Assembly (NCBI GenBank): GCA_951406725.2
Contig: OX597822.1
Location: forward strand, 17,546,001-17,610,000
Direction: 5' to 3'
DNA length: 64,000 nt
Source: Octopus vulgaris
Lineage: Eukaryota
Part shown: in pieces, positions 13,089 through 26,490 of the stretch
Position numbering within the stretch: the first letter of the stretch is position 1
Layout of the letters: each line of letters starts with the position of its first letter
Notes under the pieces: model-generated
Seen by the model: the letters and a program-made list of their open reading frames with translations, nothing else
The model's database searches: none
Told to the model about the DNA's origin: nothing
Program-made: the position numbers and the translations under genes

Positions 13089-14126
13089 CACGTGTGTGTG
13101 TGTGTGCATGCACAATTTTGTGTCATAAAGAAATGACAAGCTCTTAAAGTGGATGGAACTTGTAAAAAAGGGAGACTCAAGAAGTCATGATATAAAGTAT
13201 TGAAGGCCAATCTCAAAATGCTGCACCTTATGAAGGAGTATGTGCATCAGACTACTTTCTACTTTCCAACTGTTTTGGTTATTGCAGTAAATAATAATTG
13301 CGAACAAAATAGTAAACCCAACAAACTGTAGTATCTAACTTTTGATAGTTTATAGCAAAGCAGCTGAAATTTTTTTTTATCTTTTTGCTTTTCCTTTTTT
13401 GTTTATTTTTTTTTATATACTTACCATTTTAGTCAATTTACCCAAATTCTATATCACTATTTGTCAAAGTGATCAATGTTAAAAAAAGTCTATCAAATTC
13501 ACTTTCGAACTTCTAAGTAGAGACACTAATCCTAATGTTTTAATTTTTAATTTTTTTTTTCTCCAAAATTAATTAACAAGAACCAACTTGCAAATTTTAT
13601 AAGTACCTACATTTCTAACAATTTTACAAAGTAGCAAAACAGCATAATGGCTTTCTGTCTGAAGTAAAAATGTTGGTCATGTATATTGACTTATTTTTAT
13701 AGACCCAGTTAGTATGAGAGAAAACAAAACTAAATAAACAAATTTTACTGTACTCAGAAACAAACAAATAAATAAATAAATAAATAATGATTAAACTGAC
13801 TTGATGTAAATTAGAATGATTTCTAAGCTGAACCTAAGAAAAATTGTTTTGAGTAAAATTAACAAATGATGAATAACAAACCATTTTGCCTTACCATTTA
13901 TAAAGATACTACAAACAATACCAAATTAACACAGGCAAACTAAACAATCAAATTCAAAATGTAACACAATATTGGGTCATGTTCATTAAGCATTAGCCAA
14001 TTGTAATTATGATATGATGACAAATGTTGCCTAAGAAATCATCACTAGCTGAAATGAACATGTATTAATGAAACAAAAAAGTGATTGAAAATTATTGATT
14101 GAAATTTCAATTAGTATATAAACTGA

Positions 14127-14162
<36 letters not shown>

Positions 14163-15691
14163 ATACATATGTATACGGTAGTAATGTAGGTAAGAAACTC
14201 TGACAGTTTCTGTAAAATATTTCCGCTGAATGTAATCTATAATTATCATATATATGATCAATACATTATTTCAAAGATATCTGTCACATTGTGAGTATTA
14301 AAACTAAGTATAGATGTAGACACAAAGAACATATAGAGAAGGATGAAATCCAACTACTAATGTTATTCCTCCTAACATTTTATCCATATCTGCATTACAT
14401 TCATTCTAAATACATAAAATATATTCTATGCTTAACTTTTATATTTGCTTTCCAAGGTCCTTGATGTTGAAATTATGCACTTAAATCAATGATGTTGTAT
14501 CTGGGGAGAACCAGGTTGCACTGCTTTTATTGTACTATTTTATCATTATTATTATTAGTTAATTAGTTCACCAATAAACAAATTGATTGTTTGACTAATC
14601 ATTTGATCAATCAATCAATAAGTTGGTTTGTCAGAGTTCTTTAATTGTCGTTTGCATCCTCATCAATGATGTATAAGTTAATATAGATCTGCCACATTAT
14701 ATCCAAACTATTCTATGTTCAAACCAAGAATTTTCTTAAATCTGTCTAAATATAATTGTGACAGATGATATGTGCACAGATAACATCAGCTAACATAGAG
14801 AAACACAAATGCTACCCCAATGATACACCCATCAAATGTGAACATGAGTCAAGCACAACAGGGTCTTCTTCTTTAGTATAGGTTAAGAAGATCGCTTCAC
14901 AACCATGAGGTTCTGGGCTTGATCCTACAGTAAGACATCTCGGGCAAATGTCATTTTTTAAAAACTCAGGTTGATCCATAACTTGCAAATGAAAAATGGG
15001 AGTTCAGTAGAAGGTTACCCAGTTGATGGAATAAATGAACTTTATCACTAAAGAACAGACATCCACCACCATCACTATAGTCTTAAAATTTTCAGTAACC
15101 CTTCTCAGAATTATCTTATAAAGAAAAGTCAGCCTGATGAAATCCACCACTGTACAGGCAGTTGCATGTAGTTAAAAAGCACAGGTGTGAGGAGTACGTC
15201 TCTTGACATACCTTAACTGAGAACTTACCACTCCACTGAGAGCACACATTCATCCACCTACACACCACAGAACACAGCACACAAATAATTTACAGTACAT
15301 GTTACACACAAACACTTGAGCCTAAAAAGATTTTAATTGGAGCTAAAATCATTATTGAATATCAATGCAAGGCAATTAATAAACAGAAACAGAGAAAAAA
15401 TAATACTCATATCAATGTCATTAAATAATGGATTTTAGATGGAAATCAACTTTTGTTTAACTTTTCATGTCTTAAAACTTTTCAAATTACACATTATTCT
15501 CAATTCAAAATGTGTTCACATAATTTAAATTCAATATTCAGTAATGAATGGAAAGCAGCAGTTTTTATTTACAGCTAATTAAATTCCTATTCTCTGGAAA
15601 TTTAAAAGTTTTTTTTTTTCCCATATCTATTGAATTTTTAAAAAATATATGCATGTGTGTGTGTGTGTGTGTGTGTGGGTGTATGTGTGTT

Positions 15692-15930
15692 TGGCGTGTG
15701 GTCTAGTGGTTAGAGTGTTGGACTCATGTTTGCAAGATTGTGATTTTGATTCCTGGACTGGGTGATGTGTTGTGTTCTTGAGCAAAACATTTCCCTTTCC
15801 ATTGCTCCTGTCCACTTAGCTGGCAAAAATGAGTAATCCTGCGACAGTCCAGCATCCTGTCTTGGTGCAGAATTTATATGCCATGGAAACTAGGGAATTG
15901 GCCCTATGAGTCTATATGACTCAGGAAGGA
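15692..15930 (+). mobile_element. SINE family B (tRNA head, V-domain-like tgtgttcttgagcaa)
   Basis: ggcgtgtggtctagtggttagagtgttggactcatg...gattcctggac...tgtgttcttgagcaaaacatt. Related heads at 21604, 30754 and 54455(-). Confidence 0.7.
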
Positions 15931-15983
15931 TCTTTATCCTTTTATTTATATACATATGGGTATGTGTATATATATTTATATAC

Positions 15984-16021
<38 letters not shown>

Positions 16022-16422
16022 AGATGTATGTACATATACATATGTATATATGCTTCCCTCTTCCCCTTCCCTCTGCTCCCTCCTCCTCTCCTTCCTTCTC
16101 CCTCCTCTTCTCCTCTTTCCTTCTCACCCTCACGCCTCATATCATCTCCCCTCTCCTCCCCCCTCTCTACACTACACCATACGACTTTACACATCACATC
16201 ATATATACATACACACGTCCAGACCTCTCATACGCACTACATACTCTCTCATACACGCACACACTCTTATGTTGGGGTGAGGTCATTTAACCCTATTATC
16301 TCCCCTAATTTCGCTCTTGCGTCTCACGTTTGATCTTTGACTTCTGGCCGAAATTAGATCGCCATGTTGATTCGCTAGCCTCTGCACGCATTTTTTTTCT
16401 CTCCTTGTTTCTTTTCTGTGTA

Positions 16423-16460
16423 TCTTTCTGTTGAAGAGCGTAGGCTCGAAACGTAAAAGA
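16423..16460 (+). ncRNA. Minimal type I hammerhead ribozyme motif with mutated core, in a short Penelope-like repeat (about 16270-16560)
   Basis: Stem I TCTTT, core CTGTTGA+A (canonical CTGANGA), stem II GAGC-gtag-GCTC, GAAA, C-G, TA cleavage site, stem I' AAAGA. Confidence 0.65.
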
Positions 16461-17325
16461 CTTGTTTTATTTATATTCCTGAGCGCCATACTAATACAAT
16501 TGTTTGTTTGTATTCCACCTGCCTTCGTCTTTTGTCTATTTTCATAAAGCTTCCCGTTATATATATATATATATATTTGTATTAGCATTATCTATGATTA
16601 GGTAACCTACAATTAAAGTTCCTCTAGCCAATACCATCCTCCCAGTTTGGGGCATTTAAGATTAAATCTAACGTGTTCTCTTTGTTAAGGATAGCAGGGT
16701 GTACTTTGCAGAAGATTTGGTTGCTACTTTTAGCATGTCAAACAACAGCTATTTCAGAAGTTATTTAAATGCAGCTAAAACAATTGCCAACTAACCATTT
16801 CGTCATATTTTCAGAAAAAAGAAAGAAGAGAGATTGGTTGTTAATGCGATGGCAGAAAGACAAATTATCTGAATTTGAAATGAGGTCTAGTAAGTAAAAG
16901 AACTTTTCAGAGCAAAATTGTTTCCAAGAGAACCATTTCAAGAAAATGTTGCAGGTTAGATGTTTGGTAAACATTAGTTAATTTACTTTTAACTCATTTA
17001 ATGCAGAGAGCATAAAAAAGCAGCTACTGATAATTATTGATACTAATATTATTTTAATCATCACAGCAAATACAGCAAAGTATAGATTTCATAATACAAA
17101 CTAAAGTAGTGATGAATCATTAAGTAAATGTATGCTGATTACTATAGAAACTAGAACTATTTACAGAGTTAATTATTCAGAGATGACATGAAAAGAAAAA
17201 TTATTGTTAACACTAAGGGTGACAAAAAGGGCTTTCTGTGAATATCACATACATTTAGTTGATGTAAGAAAGTGAAACTATAAAAGCCAAAGCCACCATT
17301 GAAGCAAGGACATGGAACTGAACAG

Positions 17326-17738
17326 TTACTCTTTTACTCTTTTATTTGTTTCAGTCATGTGACTGTGGCCATGCTGGAGCACCGCCTTTGGTCGAGCAAA
17401 TCGACCCCAGGACTTATTCTTTGTAAGCCTAGTACTTATTCTATTGTTCTCTTTTGCTGAACCACTAAGTTATGGGGGACGTAAACACACCATCATCGGT
17501 TGTCAAGCGATGTTGGAGGGACAAACACAGACACACAAACATATATACACACATACATATATATATACATATATATGACAAGCTTTTTTCAGTTTCCGTC
17601 TACCAAATCCACTCACAAGGCTTTGGTTGGCCCAAGGCTATAGTAGAAGACACTTGCCCAAGGTGCCACACAGTGGGACTGAACCTGGAGCCATGTAGTT
17701 TGTAAGCAAGCTACTTACCACACAGCCACTCCTACGCC
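17326..17738 (-). mobile_element. SINE family A, full length, reverse orientation
   Basis: Reverse complement of the 7110 copy with moderate divergence. Confidence 0.9.
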
Positions 17739-19774
17739 TTAAATAGGTTTTCCAAGTAGTGGTTTGTTTATAAAATGGATCTATTTGTGGATCTACAATT
17801 GTCTTTTTTTAGTCAGGAAAAACAGAAACCAAAATTGTTTTACATGTTTGGTTAAGTGGAGGCTGAAATAAGTTTGAAATGTGTCTGTCTTATAATATAT
17901 GTACATGTAGGTATGTACATACATTAAATGCTAAATATTCTTAGATTATTAAAACTTCTTTTAAAATAGTAATTTTCTTAGATCCCAAAATATGATAAAA
18001 TTTAAATAGTCTTACACATGACAGTTTATTAGTTTTTGAAAATTAGTAATATGATTAAGGTAGGAGATACAGAATAGTTGTATGCAATAATTTCAACATG
18101 CACACATACTTTATATGTATACCTTAAAATGAATATTAAGCATGAGAAAACAGCCTTCATCTACATTTTTCAAAGTATTTTGTATCTCTTTCTCAATGTT
18201 AAGGATTGATTAGTTCTCATTTATAAATTTTTATGAATTATTGAACATTGTATTTTCAAAGCTTTGATTTCTGCTAGACATACAATGTATAACTCATACA
18301 AGGAAAATGTTAGCATCAGATATTGTGCATAAACATTATAATACAAATCTTTCCTTTAAGAATATTTTGTATAAAATAAAGAAAATAATCTGACTTCACA
18401 GTTTCACTTTTAGCAATATTGATTTCTTACATCAAAATAAGGCTTCATGTATGAGGAATGGTTACAGTTGGTTTTATCAAACTTAGAACTCAATTGCTAC
18501 TTGTTTTAACAATCCTGAAAAAATGAAAACAAACTTAAAACTCAGCAGGCTTCCAACTTTGAGTGTAAAACTATGCCACTATATACTGTAAGACATTTCA
18601 TTCATCTACCAGATTTGCCTGTTCATTAACTTTTCAGTAATATTTGTTCTCTAGGATATAACTTTTTTTTATCAGCATACACGCATACATAAATTTCAGA
18701 ATTATACTTCTACTTATGTTTTTAAATTTACTTTCATTGTTCTTCTATCCCAAGAATACATAATCCATGAGACGATACATTGGTTAAGCTTGGTTCCTCT
18801 CATTATTATGGTGACATTCAGTTTATAAGACATTTTCTGGTATATCATACAAATTTATGGTGGATTAATTCAAAGATGAACTACAACCTACATTACAATT
18901 AGTAAATTAAACTAAACAATCATGCAAAAAGGTGTAACATCTGCAGGTGAATTAACTGTTATAATATTTGGAGCTAGAGAAGGAGTATCACTTGTATCAC
19001 AAACTAAAAAGATGTTAACTGTTATATAAAATGACCAACAAGGTTTATTTATTGAAAGATATTTTAGAGAAAAGTATGAAGTATATACATATTTCGTACT
19101 TTTCTTTAAAATAATTCGTACTTGTCTGCTCTGCCCCTTAAAATGACTTTTTTGTGTCTGTGGTTGCTTTTGTAAACTGTAAACATTTATATTAATTCAT
19201 CAACTAACTTCCAAATTGTAATCTCTCCCAATAAAATAATCCCTTCTTTACTGTATATATATATATATGTATTTCAAACCATTCGCTTAAATAATCTATT
19301 CCCTGTCTGTATCTCTTTCATTCTTTGTTACAATGGCTACTTCCTGCTATTTCTCTTACTCCCTTAGGGTAAAGTCTGCCAACTTCATCCATTTCCGGCA
19401 GTCGCCTCCACACCTTACCCCCCCCTCTCTCAGACTTTCATTAGTTTATTCCATGTGTTTGGCTGTTTGATGACACTCAAAAATATGCACAGCTAAGCTA
19501 AGAATTTCTCTTGTTTTTTAATCACCTCATTCATTCAAACTCATGTATTATCTATTCTTTAAAATAATTCTTTCTTTGTTCTGCCCCTAAAATGACTAAC
19601 CTTATTTCTTGGCTACATGTATATACATATTTCATACTTTTCTCTAAAATAATACTTTACTTTTCTGCTCTGCCCCTTAAAATGACATTTTCGTGTCCGT
19701 GGTTACACCCATCCTTTTTTCAGGTGCTGAATAACATCTCTCCTTCCTGTGTTACCTCCCATATCTCTTTCCCA

Positions 19775-21143
19775 GTTTTCAGAGTTGGTACAGTAAATGT
19801 AGGCACATTGAAAAGTAAGTCTAGCGAGATTGTAGAAATGGTTGAGCGGAGACGTGTTGATGTATGTTGCATACAAAAAGTAGGGTGGGGAGGAACTTCA
19901 GCCAGAGTCCTCACAGGTAAAGCACATAGGTATAAACTCTTCTGGGAAGTTAATAGTGATGGAATAGGGGATGTGGGCATACTTCTTGCAGAGAAATGGG
20001 TGGATATGGTCATAGAAGTAGTGAGAGTGTGTGATAGAGTACTTAAATTCAGGCTAGTCTTGCAGAATGGGACAGCTACAACTATCTCTGCCTACGCCCC
20101 ACAAGCAGGCCTACCAAATGAATAGAAGGATCACTTTCATATCTTTCTGCAGGCAACCTCAAAGACAGGTGATAAGGATCTCATCTTTGTGGCTGGAGAC
20201 TTTAATGGGCATGTTGGACAGCAACCTGGTATCTTCCATGGTGTACACAGAGGCCATGGAATTGGTACCAGATATGAAGAGGGAACAAGGCTCCTGGATT
20301 TCTGCAATGCAAATAACCTATTGATCTTCAACACCAACTTCAGCAAGCCACCTGATAACCAATCAATCAGGTGACTCTGCTAGCCAGATTGATTTCATTC
20401 TCACCAGACTGCAGGATGCATGGTTGCTTTTAAATACAAAGGCCTTCCCTGGTGAAGAATGTAACCCCCAGCATAGACTAGCTATTAGTGACTTTAGACT
20501 TGAGGCCAGAAGGATACCAAAAAGCAGACCAATCTGGAAAAGAAGGACTTGGAGGCTTAAGAACCCTTCACATGGTCAGTGGTAGGTAAAAAGCACTATC
20601 TGAATGTGATCGATGCCAGGACAACCTGACTGGACCCATATGAGTGGCACATAAAAAGCAACATCCGAATGTGGCCAATGCCAGTACTCCCTGACTGGCT
20701 CCCGTACCAGTGACATGTAAAAAGCACCATCTGAATGTGGTTGATGCCAATACCCCATGACTGGCTCCCATGCCAGTGGAATGTAAAAAGCCCTATTTGA
20801 ACTTGATTGATGCCAGGACCGCCTTACTGGCCCCTGTGCTGGTGACATGTAAAAAGTGCCATCCAAACATGGCCGATGCCAGTACCCCCTGACTGGCTCC
20901 TGTGCTGGTGGCATGTAAAAAGTACTATCCAAATGTAATTGATGCCAGGCCCGCCTGACTGGCGACATGTGAAAAGCACCCACTGCACTCTCAGAGTGGT
21001 TGGCATTAGGAAGGGCACCCAGCTGTAGAAACATTGCCAAATCAGATTGGAGCCTGTTGCAGCTGCTGGCTCTCCAGACCTCAGTCAAACTGTCCAACCC
21101 ATGCCAGCATGGAAAACGGACATTAAGCAATGATGATGATGAT
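19775..21143 (+). mobile_element. RTE LINE derivative: decayed AP endonuclease region joined to an RTE-type 3'UTR, RT absent
   Basis: FRVGTVNVGTL...VDVCCIQ...ISAYAPQAG...AGDFNGHVG...QIDFIL...PQHRL motifs of APE endonuclease, with stops and frameshifts (19775-20578). Followed directly by a tandem array and (GAT)n tail. Confidence 0.85.
20587..20980 (+). repeat. Tandem array, about 6 units of 66 bp
   Basis: TAAAAAG anchor recurs at 20587, 20652, 20718, 20784, 20850 and 20916, with a variant at 20970. Confidence 0.9.
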
Positions 21144-21516
21144 ATAATGGAGACTGCAAACATTTATAGATATTTTTTACTGTTAATTTTACCCAGTGTT
21201 ATGAACTGAGACAAAGTGTTTCTCTCATTCAGTCTACCTTACTGACAAACAGAGTACTATCATTCTCATATAGCAGAGGCAACAAATGTCATCAAAATGT
21301 GTGGCTAGCTGTGAGTACACATCATTGTAAAAAATCTCATCTAGTCATTTAGCTGGCTGTGAGCAAATGTTACTGGCAAGCTCCAAAAGTACCAAAGTGC
21401 ATTTGGTTTTCTTGATAACCACTGGCAGGATGATTATTCGTTTCAATCCAATTATATTTTAAAACACACCATGTCCATAGGAAATTTTTTATTTTAAACA
21501 AAACTGCAGTAACTTG

Positions 21517-21590
<74 letters not shown>

Positions 21591-21603
21591 CATGTGTATG
21601 TGA

Positions 21604-21905
21604 AGGTGCATGGATTAGTGGTTATGGTATTTGACTCATGATTGTATAGTCATAAGGCTGATTCCTGGTGGTGTGTTGTATTCTTCAGTTAGACACTTTA
21701 TTTCACAGTGCTCCAGTCTACTCAGTTGGTCAAAATTCAAAGGGCCAGCCTTGTCATATTCTGGGTCATGCCGAATTTCCCTGAGAACTATATAAAAAGA
21801 ACATATACTTGTGGGGTGCTCAGCCAGTTGCTCGTTAATTTCATGAGCTGGCTGTTCCGTTGATCAGATCAACTGGAATACTTGCCATTACTGATGGAGT
21901 GCCAG
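21604..21905 (+). mobile_element. SINE family B copy
   Basis: aggtgcatggattagtggttatggtatttgactcatg head similar to 15692 and 30754. Follows a long (TG)n. Confidence 0.65.
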
Positions 21906-22334
21906 TTTAATATTTATAAAAGTACACTTATATGCTTACATTAAATATGGTTGACAATTGTGAACGTGATGTTCAAATCATTTATAACAAAAGTTTTGTA
22001 AATGATATGAATTCACATTTAAAATCTAAAAATAGCTTTTCTTCTTATCTAATCACAAATGAATGACAACTACTTTTAATGTATTTACTTTAAAACATAA
22101 AAGACTCTCAAAAGTGTTCTATTTCTTCATTCTATAACAATGATAATAATATCTCATGTAACATTATTTATGATAATCAGCATCAGATAAAAACTGATTG
22201 TGACAATCAAGAAACACTAGCCATGATGTACAAATTAAATAAACTTAAGAATGACAAAATAGGAGATAGATCCTAATTATTGAAAGATAAATAATGAATT
22301 TTATAAATATCAAAGTATTGATATATATATAAAA

Positions 22335-22382
<48 letters not shown>

Positions 22383-22603
22383 TAGATAGATAGATAGATA
22401 GATATTGATATAAATGTATGAATACTTTATATAAAGTATTAGTATATTTATTTTTCTCTTTTGCAACTGCAATTTGCTGAAAATGTGAAAATATAAATTT
22501 AAAAAATGAAAATAAGATTCTCAGTAAATGGCTTTTAAATTGAAAATTTAGAAAATGTTTGAAAACTTTAAAAAGTGTATGTCATGTATAGGGTTTCAAT
22601 GAC

Positions 22604-22642
<39 letters not shown>

Positions 22643-24987
22643 CTAGAATTATCTATATAACAGTTTTTCAGCAACTTTTTGTAAATTTCTGACCTACTGA
22701 AAACTGAGAAGTTAATCCATATGAATCTCAATAATAAAAAAGAACATTTCTTTTATATCAAGTAATAAACTTAAGGATTGGAAATGTTAATCAATGAAAA
22801 TTGAATGAAAGCATATGAAATGATAGCAAATAGATTTCCCTGGAGGTAGAACGAAGTTAATGCAATTTTAATAAGGTAACCAGACTGCAAACACATAATT
22901 GAACCGGATTATAGAAGCAAATAAGAAAGAGGAAAAATCTTATTCATTCAACAGGTCAATATAAAGTTAAAAAGAAAAATAAATTGATTTCATAAAAATT
23001 GTATAGAAATTCATAACCTCGAAAGTAAATAGTCAACACACTGCTGATGTTTAAGGAAGTTTTTTCCATTCTTGAAATATCTTGAGATTTTTAGTTTAAC
23101 AATTCAAGCTGAAGATTAGTTCTTCATCCAATCTTCAGAGTAACAATATTTTATTTATTATTTTTTATACATTTTTATTTCATTTTATATATTCAACAAG
23201 GTATCAATTCTTATTGACTCTGCTGTTAAAATAATGCTCTACCATACGTTTTTATTTTGTCCAATGCAATAAGACAAGCTAAAAATCTGATTAAATCAGG
23301 AAATATATTGCCAGGTCTACTTTAATTTTTGACAATTCCCAATGGTTAAGAAGTTTACACCTAAATTATTAGAATTACTACTAAAGACTAGTTCTTGCTT
23401 CTGTTAGGCTGATTATAATATGTACTACTCTAATTTTCCAATTTAAGTGTTTATGGATAGACGTGGTATCTAACAATAAAAAAAAAATCTCACAAATATG
23501 GTTAAAGCAATTGACAATTTGCCTTTCAGTTAAAATTATATGAAGGTCAACTTGCCTTTTCATCCTTTCAGCCTTGCAGTATATATTCCAGCTCCTAGCA
23601 TTCTGTATTAAAAATTTCAACAAAACCTACTTTTGTGGATGACTTAATCTGTTGTCATCAGGTTTTAACAACACTACCTGGTACCTTAGATACCTTTAGC
23701 AGGGTCCACTTTTTTTGCAAGCATTTGGGTTCGGAATCCAGTTGAGGATGTTTTCCTCACCCTTCCCACAATCTCAGAGGCCCTATAAAGGAAAAAGTCA
23801 TGAGAACTGCCTTCCTTTCTGATTAATAGGGGAAAAGAATAAATGCAAAACACACCAACACCTGAATTTGCATGTATCTCTAGTCAAAAATATCCATTGC
23901 GCCAATCTTGTCTCCTGCAACAGAGTAAAAATATTAATCACTACACATACCATGAAAATCTTACTGTACTCCACCAACCCTAAACATAAACACTTTGCAA
24001 CTAGATCCTCTAGGTTGCCTCAGATACTAGACTAGGACTCACCACCATTAAAGATATCTCCTGGTAAATACACAACCCTGAATATAGCTGAAGATAAGCT
24101 TTCCTCTTCAGTGCCAAAAAAACACTTTAATCCACAACTAAACTCTCTTTTGGTTTCCAAATTCTAAACTCCATTTCAGCCCCACCAACAACTAAATTCT
24201 ACATAACTTAAGCGAGGCCTTAAGGGAGTACCACTCCCACATCTAACACAGTGCATTTGTTACATATATCGATCACCCAGACTGTATTCCCCAAAAAGTT
24301 GCTCAGGTGATAGGTATGAAGCTATTTCAACCTCTGACTCAATGACATGCCATCTCTCTGCCTTTTCTACTGCTACTATAGTGACCCCAATTTTTCAGAT
24401 TTGGTTGGTTTTGAGTCACTTCCATTCTGATAGTTTTAACACACTTGTCTCTCCTTATCTCATTATCCATTTTGTATCCACACCCTCACCCAAACCCATA
24501 CACACCTTCAGACTGAGTCCTTCCTGAACAAAGAGTCAGCCTTCTATTTAAGGAGGAACATTAACCACATTTTCACCAGTCACTGTAGATTCCTGAATGT
24601 TCTAGATACAGAGGCCCTTCATTCTGACTAAACTAAAAAAAATAAGAATAAAACACTTTTCATTTTCTTTACTCATTACTGATTTGAAAGGACAGAAAAA
24701 AAAATATTGTCTCTAGGAATCTACATTTAGTCATCAGTACATAGGTTATTCAGATACAAAAATAATTACTCCAAATATGCATCCCATCTATCAACTCTGG
24801 TAGTATGAAACATGAGGAAGGAACATTGTTCTAAATTCCTAAATGTCTAATTTTTAATAATACTACAAGCAATTTATCTAAATCTAAAAAAATTTTATTC
24901 AGTTCATCAGCATGGTAAAGCAAATGAGTAAATATATATATACATACACGTATATATATATTGAATGTTCCATGCATTAACATGTAC

Positions 24988-25106
24988 CGCTCTGCAGCAA
25001 TGTAAACTTCCATTTGATCAAGAAATCCTTGGCCTGAAGAATAGCCTGCAGTATACACTGCACCTGGATATTTACAACTTCTGAGGTTCTGCCCACTATG
25101 AAGCAT
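24988..25106 (-). CDS. Candidate first coding segment (exon 24988-25181) of the unidentified host gene
   Basis: Strong acceptor tctttttatatttcacag, donor GCG|gtacat. ATG at 25106 has an in-frame stop just upstream. MLHSGQNLRSCKYPGAVYTAGYSSGQGFLDQMEVYIAAER splices in frame to 5323-5429. Confidence 0.55.
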
Positions 25107-26199
25107 GTAGCCTGGATCTTATCTACACCATTCCGTAACTCTTGTATTCTTATTCGCACACCCAGCAAACCTGGTTGCCTACTGTGAAATATAAAAAGAA
25201 CTTTTTTCAGTTTATCGTACTCTGATACAAAAAAATTCCACAACCTTCCTTCTCAATAAACCACTATAGTCCCTGAAAGTTGTTTTTTCATATTTACTAC
25301 CAATTGCTTGATGCTAACCTTCTTCCTTACACCTCAATCCCTGGATCTTATATGTGTATGTGTGTGTGTGTGTGTGTGTTCTACATATTTTTCTCTGCAT
25401 TCTCCAGTTCCAGTGAACACTGAGTCATTCCTTGACAAATCAATGTTTTATGTTATTTATGGCTTTCTAGGGAAGAACAATTATACATCAGTGAAGGCTT
25501 TCAAGTCATTAACAGAATTTAACTGCAAACCCATTGCAAATCATAGGCCTGGGGATAAGAGATGAGCTATTAAGTATGAATTAACTAACAGCTGCTAATG
25601 GAACCAAATTCACAACTACTATTAGAATCAAAATACCATCTTGGATTCATGCACTCTTTTTTTTTTTGACTCACAAGTTAACAGAATTCATGCATTGACA
25701 AATTTTAAAACATGATTACAAATCCATCAAAACAGAAAATTTGAATCCAGTAAAATCAATTAATCCAGAAAAGTTGGTATTTCATTTAATTTCAAAGCAT
25801 TTGCTTAAGTGGATTGCTTGCCCATCACTCTTTTAGGAAATGAAGAATAAGAAGCAAAACAAACATTTTGATGATTGGAAAATTAATTTCTCTTCAGTCC
25901 AAACTCTGTTGATGCACTTGCTACCATCAGAATAAATTGATGCAAGAGTCTTAAACTTGTATGTACTAAACTATGAAAGATTAATGGAAAGAGCCTTCAT
26001 TAGATATGGATGAAGTGTACAGGTCACTGTGAATACTATTGGTAAACAGGTACTGAAATATGAGTTAAGAACTACACAAACTCATTGCGTTAAAGTCAAA
26101 GGGTTCAACACCATTCATACCTCATTATTTATGCAGATTATTATCAATTTATAATCAATCTTCAATTTCAAATTAGTATGATGAAAATGATTCCCACAT

Positions 26200-26490
26200 A
26201 GATGCAAGCACGGACATATTTTTAAGAAATTCACTTCACAATTGCATAGTTCCAAGTTTGCCTTGTTAGTGGAATTTGACCAACAGAATTCTGTTTTGGA
26301 AATATGTGTTTGTTATGTTTCAAGCCACTTTCTTTTGTGTTAATGGGTAACTTAGTCATTCAACAAATGGGATCTGACAGAATAAGTTCCAAGCTAAAAT
26401 AGGAACCTGGGATCTATACTATCAACTAAAACTTATGAACATAGTACTCCAGCAGAGTTGCAACCAATTGGCTGAAACCAATATAAAATA
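26200..26490 (+). mobile_element. SINE family A, highly degenerate
   Basis: Residual matches such as cagaataagttcc and gtactccagca...ggctgaaacc. Confidence 0.45.

Noticed and set aside
20587-20980. CRISPR-like periodic array
   Set aside because: Whole units are homologous with no unique spacers, there are no cas genes, and the context is a eukaryotic retroelement.
20576-21163. 195-aa minus-strand ORF with 22-aa repeats
   Set aside because: It is a by-product of the 66-bp (multiple of 3) tandem array read antisense to an RTE 3'UTR.
24988-25106. Kinase-like or MAP3K4/F-box resemblance of the spliced host peptide
   Set aside because: Only loose pattern similarity without diagnostic residues, so no gene symbol was assigned.
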